DNA from: Candidatus Latescibacterota bacterium
GTDB lineage: Bacteria; Latescibacterota; UBA2968; GCA-2709665
Direction of reading: 5' to 3'
Assembly: GCA_965237675.1 (NCBI GenBank)
Contig: OZ250150.1
Coordinates: 2,336,001-2,400,000, forward strand
DNA: 64,000 nucleotides
Positions within the stretch are counted from its first letter, which is position 1; every line of letters begins with the position of its first letter. A program made the position numbers and the translations under genes. Under the pieces are notes generated by a model that made no database searches, was not told the origin of the DNA, and was given only the letters and a program-made list of their open reading frames with translations. Shown piece by piece: positions 49,241-58,385 of the stretch.

Positions 49241-50596
49241 TTAGGTAAAAAGCTGCGTCAGGAGGTCGCCCGCGAGGGTCTCCATGGCAGGCGCGGTGCC
49301 GACGGCCCCCAGGGAGGAATTGGCTGCCCAGGTTTCATACCCGCCCTCCCGGGTAAGGGCTTCGTCGGTACAGATATAGCCGATGTAGCCGTTGGCAAGG
49401 CTCACGACGAAAACGGGTTTGCCGGACGTTCCCGACTTGATGTTCAGGCCCGATTCAACAAAGACTTCGCCGGGAAGGGCCACGATGGCGGCGTCGCCGA
49501 GTCTGAAGACCTGTACCGCGGCGTTCATTCTGGAGGGGAGATTCGCCAGGCGCTGGCATTCCATCGCGTAGACGTCCACGATGGACCGAGGGATGGGTTG
49601 GCCCACAACCCAGCTGAAAGGGCCGTGGTCGTATTTGGGCGGATCGTCCGGGGAGGCGAGGATTTTTTCCGCCATTTCCAGGTCTTCGGGCGTGATGGTT
49701 CTGGGCGAGAAATCGAATGTGCCGGTAGCGGCACTGAGTTCCAGGGTATCCTGCATCTCCATGAGTTGGATTTCGGTGAGCACGTGACCGGCCAGGACGT
49801 TGGCCATTTTCTTTGCGTGGGCATGGCCCCGGTCCTTCCACCGGCGGCGCCCGCTGAAGTCGATATTGTTGATCTGGCCTGAAGCGGCATTCCAGAGCAG
49901 TGGGACGCAATCGCCTCCCAGATAGCGGCGCATGAGGCGGAAGAAGTGGCCGAAGTAGTCGGCCGAAATGGCGTTCCCACTGCCGGCGCCGATATAGTGA
50001 AGGGAGTAGCAGGCAACGGCCGACAGCGGGTCGCCGTTCAGGTCTTCCACGTAGAACATCGCGAGTTCCGGGTCGGTGGGGCCCGTGGGTTCGATCAGGT
50101 CCGGATCGGCCACACCGGGGTTCATTCGCACGGTGCCGTCTTTCATGCGCCAGCGGCGGTTGAATGCGATGCGGTCTTCCTGCACGCTGGCGAAGCCGAT
50201 GCGGGCGGGGCGCAGGCGGCGGCACGCGAGTTCGGCGGCGTCTGCGATCTTGAGGTGGAGCCATTCGATATAGTCGCCGTCGCCGTCCGTACACAGCAGA
50301 TCGGCGATACCGCCCCCGCTGTGGGTGTGGGTGGCGTTGATCATCGTGTTTTCGATCGGGATGTCGCATCGCCGGGCGACGCGTTGCCTGGCGCGGTCCG
50401 CGATATTCCGAGGCATAACGATGAGATCGCAGGTGATCAGGGCCACGCGGGTGTGGCCGTTGTCCAGCACCAGGGCTTTGGCCAGAAGTTCGTCGTCCAC
50501 GTCTGCGGCGTATCTGGTCCGGTGCATGCCCGGAATGGTCACGCCGAGCCATGGGGTGATGTTGGCCGTGGCGGCGCCTGCCTGTAAAATACCCAT
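49241..50596 (-). CDS. Neutral/alkaline ceramidase-like N-terminal domain hydrolase
   Basis: Motifs ANITP, ATHTHSG, FNRR, GPTDPE, ISADY, LPGEVF, SLANG-GY. Confidence 0.75.
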   Translation of the reverse strand: MGILQAGAATANITPWLGVTIPGMHRTRYAADVDDELLAKALVLDNGHTRVALITCDLIVMPRNIADRARQRVARRCDIPIENTMINATHTHSGGGIADLLCTDGDGDYIEWLHLKIADAAELACRRLRPARIGFASVQEDRIAFNRRWRMKDGTVRMNPGVADPDLIEPTGPTDPELAMFYVEDLNGDPLSAVACYSLHYIGAGSGNAISADYFGHFFRLMRRYLGGDCVPLLWNAASGQINNIDFSGRRRWKDRGHAHAKKMANVLAGHVLTEIQLMEMQDTLELSAATGTFDFSPRTITPEDLEMAEKILASPDDPPKYDHGPFSWVVGQPIPRSIVDVYAMECQRLANLPSRMNAAVQVFRLGDAAIVALPGEVFVESGLNIKSGTSGKPVFVVSLANGYIGYICTDEALTREGGYETWAANSSLGAVGTAPAMETLAGDLLTQLFT

Positions 50597-50620
50597 AGCG
50601 GATCTCCTTCCCTTTCGAGC

Positions 50621-51622
50621 CTACTCGATTCTCAGAAATTCCCCACCCCGGCGTGCGGATTCTTCCGCCATAATGCATGCTTTTGCAACTGCCAGGACGT
50701 CTGAGGTGGAGATAAAGTTCTCACCGCCGCTGGAGAATGCGTTGACCATGTTCTCCACGAAGCCGCCGTTGCGCTCCGGCGGGAATTCAGGTTCGTACGC
50801 GCCCTTGCCGTCGGCGACGATGAGCAGGCTGTCGGCGGCGTAAGCTCGCAGGTGGGCGGACCCCTTTGTGCCCATGATAATGAAGCGGGTGTCGCCGAAA
50901 GAGGGGGAGTCCTCCGGGGTGAGCCAATCGGCGGTGAGCAGCGCGCATGCTCCCGTACTCATTTGAAACGACGCCTGGATATGGTCCATTTCCAGCTTCT
51001 GGGGATCGTGCGTGTGTTTTTTGCTGGCGCCGATGGCATGAACGCCCACGCATTCCCCGCCGGTGAGCCACCGGACCTGGTCCACGCCGTGGCACGCGAC
51101 GTCGCTGAAGGTGCCCGTGTAGATCCCCGGATCGAAATACCAGTCGGGCGCCCAGTCGCCGAGCTTGTGGGGATGGGTGGAGATAAGGCTGACGATCTCC
51201 CCAAGTTCTCCGGCGAGGATGGCGTTCCGCAGCGCGATGAATGGCGGGTGACTGCGGGAGGTGTAGAACATGGTCAGGCGGATATCGTGGGTTTGGACCG
51301 CGGATCGGATGCGATTCCAGTCCTCCACGGACCGGCAGAGCGGTTTGTCCAGGAAGACGTGCGCGCCGGCTGCGGCGCAGGTCTCGATCATGTCCACCTT
51401 CTCGTGGTGCCCCACGCCCTCCATAACCACGTCGGCGCGGGTTGCGTCCAGCATTTCCTGGAGGGTGGGATACCGGGGCACGTGGACGTCGCGGGTAACC
51501 TGTTCGTACAGGTTGTCGTCGGGTTCCACGATGCCGGCCAGTTCGGCGTTGGGGGCGTTTGCGGCCGACCGGAACATGCCGCCGATGTGTCCGTAGTGGA
51601 CGCCCATGACTGCGATTTTCAT
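50621..51622 (-). CDS. Gfo/Idh/MocA family oxidoreductase
   Basis: Motifs MKIAVMG, HVFLDKP, DVACHGVD, IMGTKG. Confidence 0.85.
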   Translation of the reverse strand: MKIAVMGVHYGHIGGMFRSAANAPNAELAGIVEPDDNLYEQVTRDVHVPRYPTLQEMLDATRADVVMEGVGHHEKVDMIETCAAAGAHVFLDKPLCRSVEDWNRIRSAVQTHDIRLTMFYTSRSHPPFIALRNAILAGELGEIVSLISTHPHKLGDWAPDWYFDPGIYTGTFSDVACHGVDQVRWLTGGECVGVHAIGASKKHTHDPQKLEMDHIQASFQMSTGACALLTADWLTPEDSPSFGDTRFIIMGTKGSAHLRAYAADSLLIVADGKGAYEPEFPPERNGGFVENMVNAFSSGGENFISTSDVLAVAKACIMAEESARRGGEFLRIE

Positions 51623-51642
51623 TATACGCCTCTCTCTGGCCC

Positions 51643-52761
51643 CTACCCGGAATACCGTTTGATTCTCTCCCGGTCCAGTTCTATTCCCAGTCCGGGCGCG
51701 GTGGGTATGGTAAGCAGGCCGTTGTCGTCGAGTTGGAAGGGTTCGGTCAGGATGTCTTCGATGTAGGGCGACGGGGTGATGTATTCCACCCAGCGCGCCG
51801 TGGGGTGGGCCGCCGCGAGATGGAGGTCGGCCGCGAGGCCTACGGCGGTGTTCCATCCGTGGGTGACCAGCAGGACATTGTGGTTGCAAGCGTGCCACAG
51901 GATGCGGCGGGTTTCCGAAAGGCCGCCGACTTTGGTGGCATCCGGCTGCACGATGTCGAAGGCGCCGCGCGCGATCCAGGAGATGAAGCTCTGCCGGCGG
52001 GTCAGGACTTCGCCTCCGGCAATGGGGACCGGGGCGTTCTGCCGGAGGGCGATGTAACCCTCGATATCGTCCGGTGGCAGGGCTTCCTCGAACCAGACGA
52101 CGTCATAGCCGGCAAGCATCCGCGCGGTCTCCAACGCCCATTTGTACCCGTGCGGCCAGAACTGATCGCTGCCGCCGGCGTCGACCATCAGTTCAACGCC
52201 CGGTCCCACGGTTTCCCGTGCGAGTTTGACGAGCCGCTCATCGGTGTGCTTATCCACACGGCCGAAAGGCCCCCAGCCGAGTTTGAGCGCGCGGAAGCCG
52301 CGGGAAACGGCCGACTCCAGGGTCTGTCTGAACGCGTCGCCGTCGGCCTCGAAAAGGAGGGAGCCGTAGGGTTTGATCTTGTGACGGTAGTAGCCGCCCA
52401 GGAGGCGCCCCACGGGTTGTCCGCTGGCTTTGCCCAGAATGTCCCACAGGGCGATGTCGATGCCCGAAATGGCGTGCGTGACCGAACCGCCACGGCCCTG
52501 CCAGAAGGTCGATTGGTGGAGTTTTTCGGAGACGCGTTCCGGTTCGATGGCCGACTCGCCGAGAAAATGGGGCTTCAGCAGGTCCAGAGCGGCGTCGACC
52601 AAGGCCTTGCTGGTTGCGACGCTGCCGAGGCCGGTGAGGCCGCTGTCGGTATGCACCTCCACAAGGGTGTGCAGGTTCTCCGACGGCGGCGTTTCGGCGG
52701 TCCAACCGGATTTCGGCGTTGCGCCCCTGAGGGCGATTGTCTGGATGCGGGTGATTTTCAT
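51643..52761 (-). CDS. Mandelate racemase / muconate lactonizing enzyme family (probable acid-sugar dehydratase)
   Basis: Motifs AISGIDIALWDI, LMVDA, WFEE, IAGGE, VQPD, HGW. Confidence 0.88.
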   Translation of the reverse strand: MKITRIQTIALRGATPKSGWTAETPPSENLHTLVEVHTDSGLTGLGSVATSKALVDAALDLLKPHFLGESAIEPERVSEKLHQSTFWQGRGGSVTHAISGIDIALWDILGKASGQPVGRLLGGYYRHKIKPYGSLLFEADGDAFRQTLESAVSRGFRALKLGWGPFGRVDKHTDERLVKLARETVGPGVELMVDAGGSDQFWPHGYKWALETARMLAGYDVVWFEEALPPDDIEGYIALRQNAPVPIAGGEVLTRRQSFISWIARGAFDIVQPDATKVGGLSETRRILWHACNHNVLLVTHGWNTAVGLAADLHLAAAHPTARWVEYITPSPYIEDILTEPFQLDDNGLLTIPTAPGLGIELDRERIKRYSG

Positions 52762-53164
52762 GTCGTCTAAACTGTGTTGGAAGAAGCCCACGTCCGGACA
52801 AACGTGTTGTCCGGATGCGGGCCGGAAATTCTTCGAAAAGACGAAGATTCCTGCGCCTGTTCCGAACCGGGTGGATGGTGGAACGCCGCAATATATGGAA
52901 TCCGCGTGTCCGCTTCAACAGGAAATCGCGGCCAGCCTGCGCCTCCGCGATCTGCCAAAATGGCAGATCGCGCATTTTGGTGTGATCCGATCACATTCGA
53001 AACGGATTTCCAGGTCGGGATGCATTTTGTAAAATCATATATATCAATATGATATCCACGATAGACACTTTCAGGCACAATTGTTGCTGTTTTCAGGAGA
53101 CGTGTTTGGTCTGGCAACGAATTGGCGAATCGGGACGATTGACATACGAGAAGGAGCAGACCGG

Positions 53165-55669
53165 ATGTCGGATGAGACAACGTCAAAAAGCATCGAAGTG
53201 ATCGACCGGATGCACGTTCCCAGCGAGGTGCCCGTGTTGAGAAGCAGGGACGTGGTGATCTTTCCCTACATGTTGTCGCCGTTGTTTATCGAAAGTGAAC
53301 AGGCGATCCGGGCCGTGGATACCGCCGTGAACGGCGGACATCGGATCGTTGCGTTGTTCGGGCAGAAACCGGGTCCGGAAGACCGGGGAACCGAAACGGA
53401 GAACGACGCCGGCGACGAGGAACGTGAGATTCAGGCTGAAGACCTGTACCAGGTGGGTACGGCGGTACAGGTCGTGCGGACGCAACGAACGCCGGACAAC
53501 AAGCTGCAGGTTCTCGTCAACGGAATTGCCCGCGTGGGCCTGCAGGCGCTCGTCCAGACCACCCCCTATCCGCTGGCGCGGGTCAAGGTGCTGGAGGGAT
53601 GGGCGGAAAAGACGAACGAGTTGGAGGCGCTCTCCCAGAACGTGATGGGTCTGTTCAAGAAGGCCATGGAATTGTTGCCCAATGTGCCCAAAGAGCTGAT
53701 TGCGGCGCTGGATTCTCTGAGCGAACAGGAACAGAAGGCGGATTTCATCGCTTCACAGTTCAACCTGAGGTTCGAGGAGCGCCAGGAGGTATTGTCCGAA
53801 CTCAACCTTCGACTCAGGTTCGAGCTGATTCACAAGTTTCTGACCCGGGAGGTCGAGATACTGGAATTGCGCCAGAAGATCCAGAGCAGTGCGGCCGGAT
53901 CGATGGACGAGGCTCAGCGCGAGTATTTTCTGCGCCAGCAGCTCAAGGCCATTCGCGAGGAACTCGGCGAGGGCGAAGATGAGGCCGAAGAGGTCGAGGA
54001 GTTGTGGGAGAAGATCAAAGCCGCTGCCATGCCGGACGAGCCGCGAAAGGTCGCCGAGCGCGAGCTTTCGCGGATGGACAGGATGGCCCGCGAGTCCGCC
54101 GAATATACCGTGTCGCGGACCTATCTGGACTGGCTGGTGGAACTGCCATGGAGCAAATCGAGCGAGGATCGGATCGACGTCGACCGGGCGCAGAAGATCC
54201 TGGACGAGGATCACTATGGAATTGAGAAGCCCAAGGATCGAATTCTGGAGTATCTGGCGGTGCGGGGGCTGAAGAACGATATGCGCGGGCCGATTCTGTG
54301 CCTGGTGGGTCCGCCGGGTACGGGGAAGACATCGCTGGGCCGTTCCGTGGCGCGTGCCCTGGACCGCACCTTTGTCCGGATATCGCTGGGCGGCGTAAGG
54401 GACGAATCCGAGGTTAGAGGCCACCGGCGGACGTACGTCGGCGCATTACCGGGGCGGATTATCCAGGGTTTGCGCCGGGCGGGTAGGAATAATCCGGTTT
54501 TCATGCTGGACGAGATCGACAAATTGGGCGCCGATTTCAGGGGCGATCCGTCGGCGGCGCTGCTGGAGGTGCTGGACCCCGAGCAGAATTGCAGATTCGA
54601 GGATCATTATCTGGACGTGCCGTTCGATCTCTCGCAGGTGATGTTTATTGCCACCGCGAATACGCTGCATACGATTCCGCCCACGCTGCTGGATCGAATG
54701 GAGGTCCTGGAACTGCCGGGATATACCGAGCAGGAGAAGCTGCAGATCGCCCGCAGCTATCTGGTGCCCCGGCAGCTTGACGAGCACGGGTTGACGGCCA
54801 GGCGGCTGGAGATCGAGAACGACGCGCTATCCGGATTGATCCAATACTATACGTCCGAGGCCGGGTTGAGGAACCTGGAGCGGGCGGTGGGCACGCTGTG
54901 CCGGAAGGTGGCGCGCCGGTTCGCACAGGGTCGTAAACGAAAGGTGAGGGTGAAGACCGGGCACCTGCACGAATACCTGGGGCCCCGGCAGTTCCATCAC
55001 GAAATCGCCGAGGCCAATGACGAGGTCGGCGTAGCGGCGGGCCTGGCGGTGACGTCTGCAGGCGGGGACGTGATGTTCGTGGAGGCCACCCTGATGCCGG
55101 GCGCCGGGAATCTGAATCTGACGGGCCAGGTGGGCGACGTGATGAAGGAGTCCGTGCAGGCCGCGATGACGTACGTGCGTTCCCGGTGGGAGAGCCTGGG
55201 ATTGCCGGAGAAGTTCAGCGAAGACAAGGACGTGCACGTTCATGCGCCCGCGGGAGCGGTGCCAAAGGACGGCCCGTCGGCGGGCATTACGATGGCGGCC
55301 GTGCTGGCGTCGGTCTTTACGGGGCGGCCCGTTCGAAAGGACGTGGCGATGACCGGGGAGATCACGCTGCGCGGCAAAGTGCTGCCGGTCGGCGGCGTGC
55401 GGGACAAGATATTGGCCGCGCACCGCGCCGGCATCCGGACGGTGATCCTGCCGGAGCAAAACCGGAAGGACCTGGAGGAAGTGCCGGATACTATTCGCAA
55501 GGACGTTAAGCTGGTGTTCGCCGACCATATGGACAAGGTGCTGGATACCGCCCTGGTCAAAAAGCGACGGTCGGCGGGCAGGCACCGGCCTTCGGCCACA
55601 GGGAATCGATCATCGGTCCGTTCCGGCAGCCGTCGTCAGCCCGCCGTGACGGCGGACGGGGGTGAGTGA
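53165..55669 (+). CDS. lon: ATP-dependent Lon protease
   Basis: LON N-domain, GPPGTGKT, HRRTYVGALPG, PKDGPSAG, GKVLPVGG; GAAGGAG RBS. Confidence 0.97.
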   Translation: MSDETTSKSIEVIDRMHVPSEVPVLRSRDVVIFPYMLSPLFIESEQAIRAVDTAVNGGHRIVALFGQKPGPEDRGTETENDAGDEEREIQAEDLYQVGTAVQVVRTQRTPDNKLQVLVNGIARVGLQALVQTTPYPLARVKVLEGWAEKTNELEALSQNVMGLFKKAMELLPNVPKELIAALDSLSEQEQKADFIASQFNLRFEERQEVLSELNLRLRFELIHKFLTREVEILELRQKIQSSAAGSMDEAQREYFLRQQLKAIREELGEGEDEAEEVEELWEKIKAAAMPDEPRKVAERELSRMDRMARESAEYTVSRTYLDWLVELPWSKSSEDRIDVDRAQKILDEDHYGIEKPKDRILEYLAVRGLKNDMRGPILCLVGPPGTGKTSLGRSVARALDRTFVRISLGGVRDESEVRGHRRTYVGALPGRIIQGLRRAGRNNPVFMLDEIDKLGADFRGDPSAALLEVLDPEQNCRFEDHYLDVPFDLSQVMFIATANTLHTIPPTLLDRMEVLELPGYTEQEKLQIARSYLVPRQLDEHGLTARRLEIENDALSGLIQYYTSEAGLRNLERAVGTLCRKVARRFAQGRKRKVRVKTGHLHEYLGPRQFHHEIAEANDEVGVAAGLAVTSAGGDVMFVEATLMPGAGNLNLTGQVGDVMKESVQAAMTYVRSRWESLGLPEKFSEDKDVHVHAPAGAVPKDGPSAGITMAAVLASVFTGRPVRKDVAMTGEITLRGKVLPVGGVRDKILAAHRAGIRTVILPEQNRKDLEEVPDTIRKDVKLVFADHMDKVLDTALVKKRRSAGRHRPSATGNRSSVRSGSRRQPAVTADGGE

Positions 55670-55706
55670 AAGTTCCGGGGGCGATTCCAGAAGGAATTCT
55701 TCAGAA

Positions 55707-55751
55707 AAGAGCAGGGTCGAGGTGCGCACGCGCGGCTTCGACCCTGCTCTT
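55707..55751. terminator. Hairpin terminator between lon and the convergent peptidase gene
   Basis: AAGAGCAGGGTCGAGG…CTTCGACCCTGCTCTT; homologous copy at 61165-61199. Confidence 0.7.
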
Positions 55752-55841
55752 CGTTATACGATCGATCAGATGCGTTTGGTGATCGGGGGATGTTGCTACC
55801 GAATATCTAAGGCGGGATACCGGGTGCTGAGGCGCGAGCGA

Positions 55842-58019
55842 TCAGCGGCCTATGGCGCGAACAACACGTCCCTGCTGGTCAACGACGTAGATCGGCTCCC
55901 GCGTGAGTCCGAGGCCGCACGTCAGCTCGGGCTCCGCTTGACCGGGCGGAGCTGCACCCCACATCCTTCGTTCGTCCGCGAGATCGAAATTCATGCCACT
56001 GCTCCAAACCTGTTCGGCGATGTCCTTCCCCCGCAGGCCCGTCAATTGTCCGCGAGGGTCGGTGACATATAGCGTATTCGGATCGAACTGCGCGGAATTG
56101 ACACCGGGGCCGGAGACCGCGGGCTGGTATGCGGCGATCTTCGCGCTTGCGTTGGCGCCGGGCAGGGTATATGGGTCTGCCTGGGAGACGTCGACGCCAT
56201 AGCCCAGATTGGCCAGGGACTGAACCGTGATCGCGCTCAGCGCGCCGCCCAGAGCCGACGGCGCCATGATTTCTCCCTCAAGCACGGAATATCTCCAGTG
56301 TACACCATTCATCTCCACCGGCACCTTCGCACCCGTGTAGTTCCGTCCGCTCGCGTCGTCAAAGGCGGCGATCGCCAGCGGACCGTTGAAGTGCGTGTCG
56401 CCCTCCCGATCCTGAAGCAAGCCGAGCTCGTCCCAGATGGTCCCGAATCCCAGCACATGCCCTATCTCGTGGAGCCCTACATTCAGCAGATCAGTCGATT
56501 GCATGTTGAAGGTCATGCATCCGACGACGGGCAGATGGGTCTCTCGCAATACTTGTGGACCACCCAACCCTAGGGGGCCGGATTCGTGGCTACCCGCATA
56601 GATTCGCAGGTCGTCTATCCGCTCCCCGGAGGAGATATCAAACGACTTATCGCCACATGCCTTCGACCAACCCTGAGTAAATTCATAATCCGGCAAGTCC
56701 TCTGTAATAATCGACATCCAGCGCCGAACCGTATATCGGAGCACATTTTTCTGGCCTTCAGTGAATTCGTCGAGAAAAACGAGTTCGATGTCGAAGTCGC
56801 CCTTTCGGAACGAGTCAACGTGTACCATAGCCCCGTTGTTCCTGAGGGAGGGAATATGTTGGTTGATGGAGGAGACGTTCAGGGGGTTTCCCCGAAGATC
56901 CAACTCTGTCAGGCGAGCCAAGCCTCTCAGCGTCGCTAAGTCCGTGATCCTGTTGAATCCAAGATTCAGGTCTGTCAGGCGGGTCAGGCGTCCCAGCGCG
57001 GACACATCCGTGATGTTGTTAGCTCTAAGGTCCAACTCTGTCAGGCTAGCTAAGTCCCCTAGTGCCGATATGTCCGAGATCCTGTTAAACGCAATCCCTA
57101 AGGTTTCCAAGTTGGTCAAGCGTCCGAGCGCCGACACGTCCGTGAGATCGTTGTCATTAAGCCGTAGGATTTTCAGGTTGGTCAAGCCGGAAAGTGCGGA
57201 CACGTCCGTGAGGTTGTTATGGTCAAGTTCCAACTCTGTCAGGTTGGCTAAGTTCCCCAGCGCCGATACGTCCGTGAGGTTGTTGATCCCAAGCCATAGG
57301 GTTTCCAGGTTGGTCAAGCCGGAGCCGGCAAGAGTCGACACGTCCACGCTCCTGTTGCCTCTAAGGTATAGCCTTTTCAGGTTAGCCAAGTCCCTCAGCG
57401 CCGATACATCCGTGATCCTGTTGAATCCAAGATTCAGGTCTGTCAGGTTGGTCAAGTCGGATAGTGCCGACACGTCCTTTAGGTTCTGATGGCTAAGATG
57501 CAGGAGTGTCAGGTTGGTTGCCGACTCCAGCCCCGTCAGATCGCTAATCCCGGGCCACTCCCAACCTGGCGCAATTAGAGAGTTCAAAGTCTTCATTTCA
57601 GCCACGGTGATTGGTGCGCCGGTGGCCTTGCCCAGGGCCGCCTCGATCGCCGCGCGCAGGTTGGCGTCGGGGATCGTGACGACCGGAGAAGGGACATCTT
57701 TGCCAAAGTTTTGTGCGAAGATCACAAAGTCCGAAAACCCGATCTCGCCATCGCCATTCAGATCATATTTCGCTTCGTACTTCTCGTCGCTCTCACTTGA
57801 TCCGAACACGCCCGCGAAGATCAGAAAATCGCCAAATCCAATTGTCCCGTCACCGTCAAAGTCTGGAATAGACGCGGTATCGCCGCTGTTGGCATCAACA
57901 ACGGTGATCGTCTGTGTTGTCGCGCGATCATCGTTTGCGTTGGAACCCATTGGCGCGTGACACACGAATGCCAGCAGTGCAAGGGCGGCACTGAACATAA
58001 TACCATTTTGCGATGGCAT
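55842..58019 (-). CDS. Secreted dockerin/EF-hand + internalin-type LRR + leishmanolysin (M8)-like metallopeptidase
   Basis: Signal peptide, DFDGDGTIGFGDF…DLNGDGEIGFSDF, IPDANLR cap, 22-aa LRRs, HEIGH…HW…EIM. Confidence 0.85.
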   Translation of the reverse strand: MPSQNGIMFSAALALLAFVCHAPMGSNANDDRATTQTITVVDANSGDTASIPDFDGDGTIGFGDFLIFAGVFGSSESDEKYEAKYDLNGDGEIGFSDFVIFAQNFGKDVPSPVVTIPDANLRAAIEAALGKATGAPITVAEMKTLNSLIAPGWEWPGISDLTGLESATNLTLLHLSHQNLKDVSALSDLTNLTDLNLGFNRITDVSALRDLANLKRLYLRGNRSVDVSTLAGSGLTNLETLWLGINNLTDVSALGNLANLTELELDHNNLTDVSALSGLTNLKILRLNDNDLTDVSALGRLTNLETLGIAFNRISDISALGDLASLTELDLRANNITDVSALGRLTRLTDLNLGFNRITDLATLRGLARLTELDLRGNPLNVSSINQHIPSLRNNGAMVHVDSFRKGDFDIELVFLDEFTEGQKNVLRYTVRRWMSIITEDLPDYEFTQGWSKACGDKSFDISSGERIDDLRIYAGSHESGPLGLGGPQVLRETHLPVVGCMTFNMQSTDLLNVGLHEIGHVLGFGTIWDELGLLQDREGDTHFNGPLAIAAFDDASGRNYTGAKVPVEMNGVHWRYSVLEGEIMAPSALGGALSAITVQSLANLGYGVDVSQADPYTLPGANASAKIAAYQPAVSGPGVNSAQFDPNTLYVTDPRGQLTGLRGKDIAEQVWSSGMNFDLADERRMWGAAPPGQAEPELTCGLGLTREPIYVVDQQGRVVRAIGR

Positions 58020-58265
58020 TTACCGGTCTCCTGGCTATCGGTGATGACAGATCGCCTCTGCGATTTTAATCAAAAACTGCACCTGCCAAAAGCGCAATCT
58101 GTTTTGTGCGATGCTCTAATGTACAATATCAATCAAGAATGTACCACATATTGCTGATGCCAGTCAATACCCGAAATTTGCCCCACCGTTCACAATTTGT
58201 CCCGGATTCCACATTTTTGCGACATGGCCGCATTTGTTGTTGGGTACACGACGCTCAATTGGGGA
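58014..58265 (-). repeat. Conserved upstream region copy 1 (copy 2 at 60795-61025; weaker third near 63640-63780)
   Basis: CATTTACCGGTCTCCTGGCTATCGGTG…ATCAAGAATGTA…CCCGAAATTTGCCCC is shared. Confidence 0.8.
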
Positions 58266-58385
58266 TGGGCTCGATGGAGTCCCGCGCCACCGCGAAGGCC
58301 GACTCCACCGTCGGCGTCGTCCGCCTCCCCGCTTTTGAACGGCTCCCCCTGCGGTCCGATTACCATGACGTGAATTTGGTGGGCC

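Noticed and set aside
52940-53160. Heat-shock operator (CIRCE) upstream of lon
   Set aside because: No TTAGCACTC-N9-GAGTGCTAA is present; only an unrelated hairpin (CGCGATCTGCCA-AAA-TGGCAGATCGCG) and an AT-rich tract.
56880-57540. Regular 66-bp periodic repeats as a possible CRISPR array
   Set aside because: They are in-frame LRR-coding units with no repeat-spacer structure, and no cas genes are present.
58020-58045. AGCCAGGAGACC on the minus strand (also at about 60805) resembles the 3' end of a cobalamin riboswitch
   Set aside because: No upstream B12-box core (GGGAA…GCCCCCGCAACTGT) is visible, and the motif is explained as the AGGAG ribosome-binding site.
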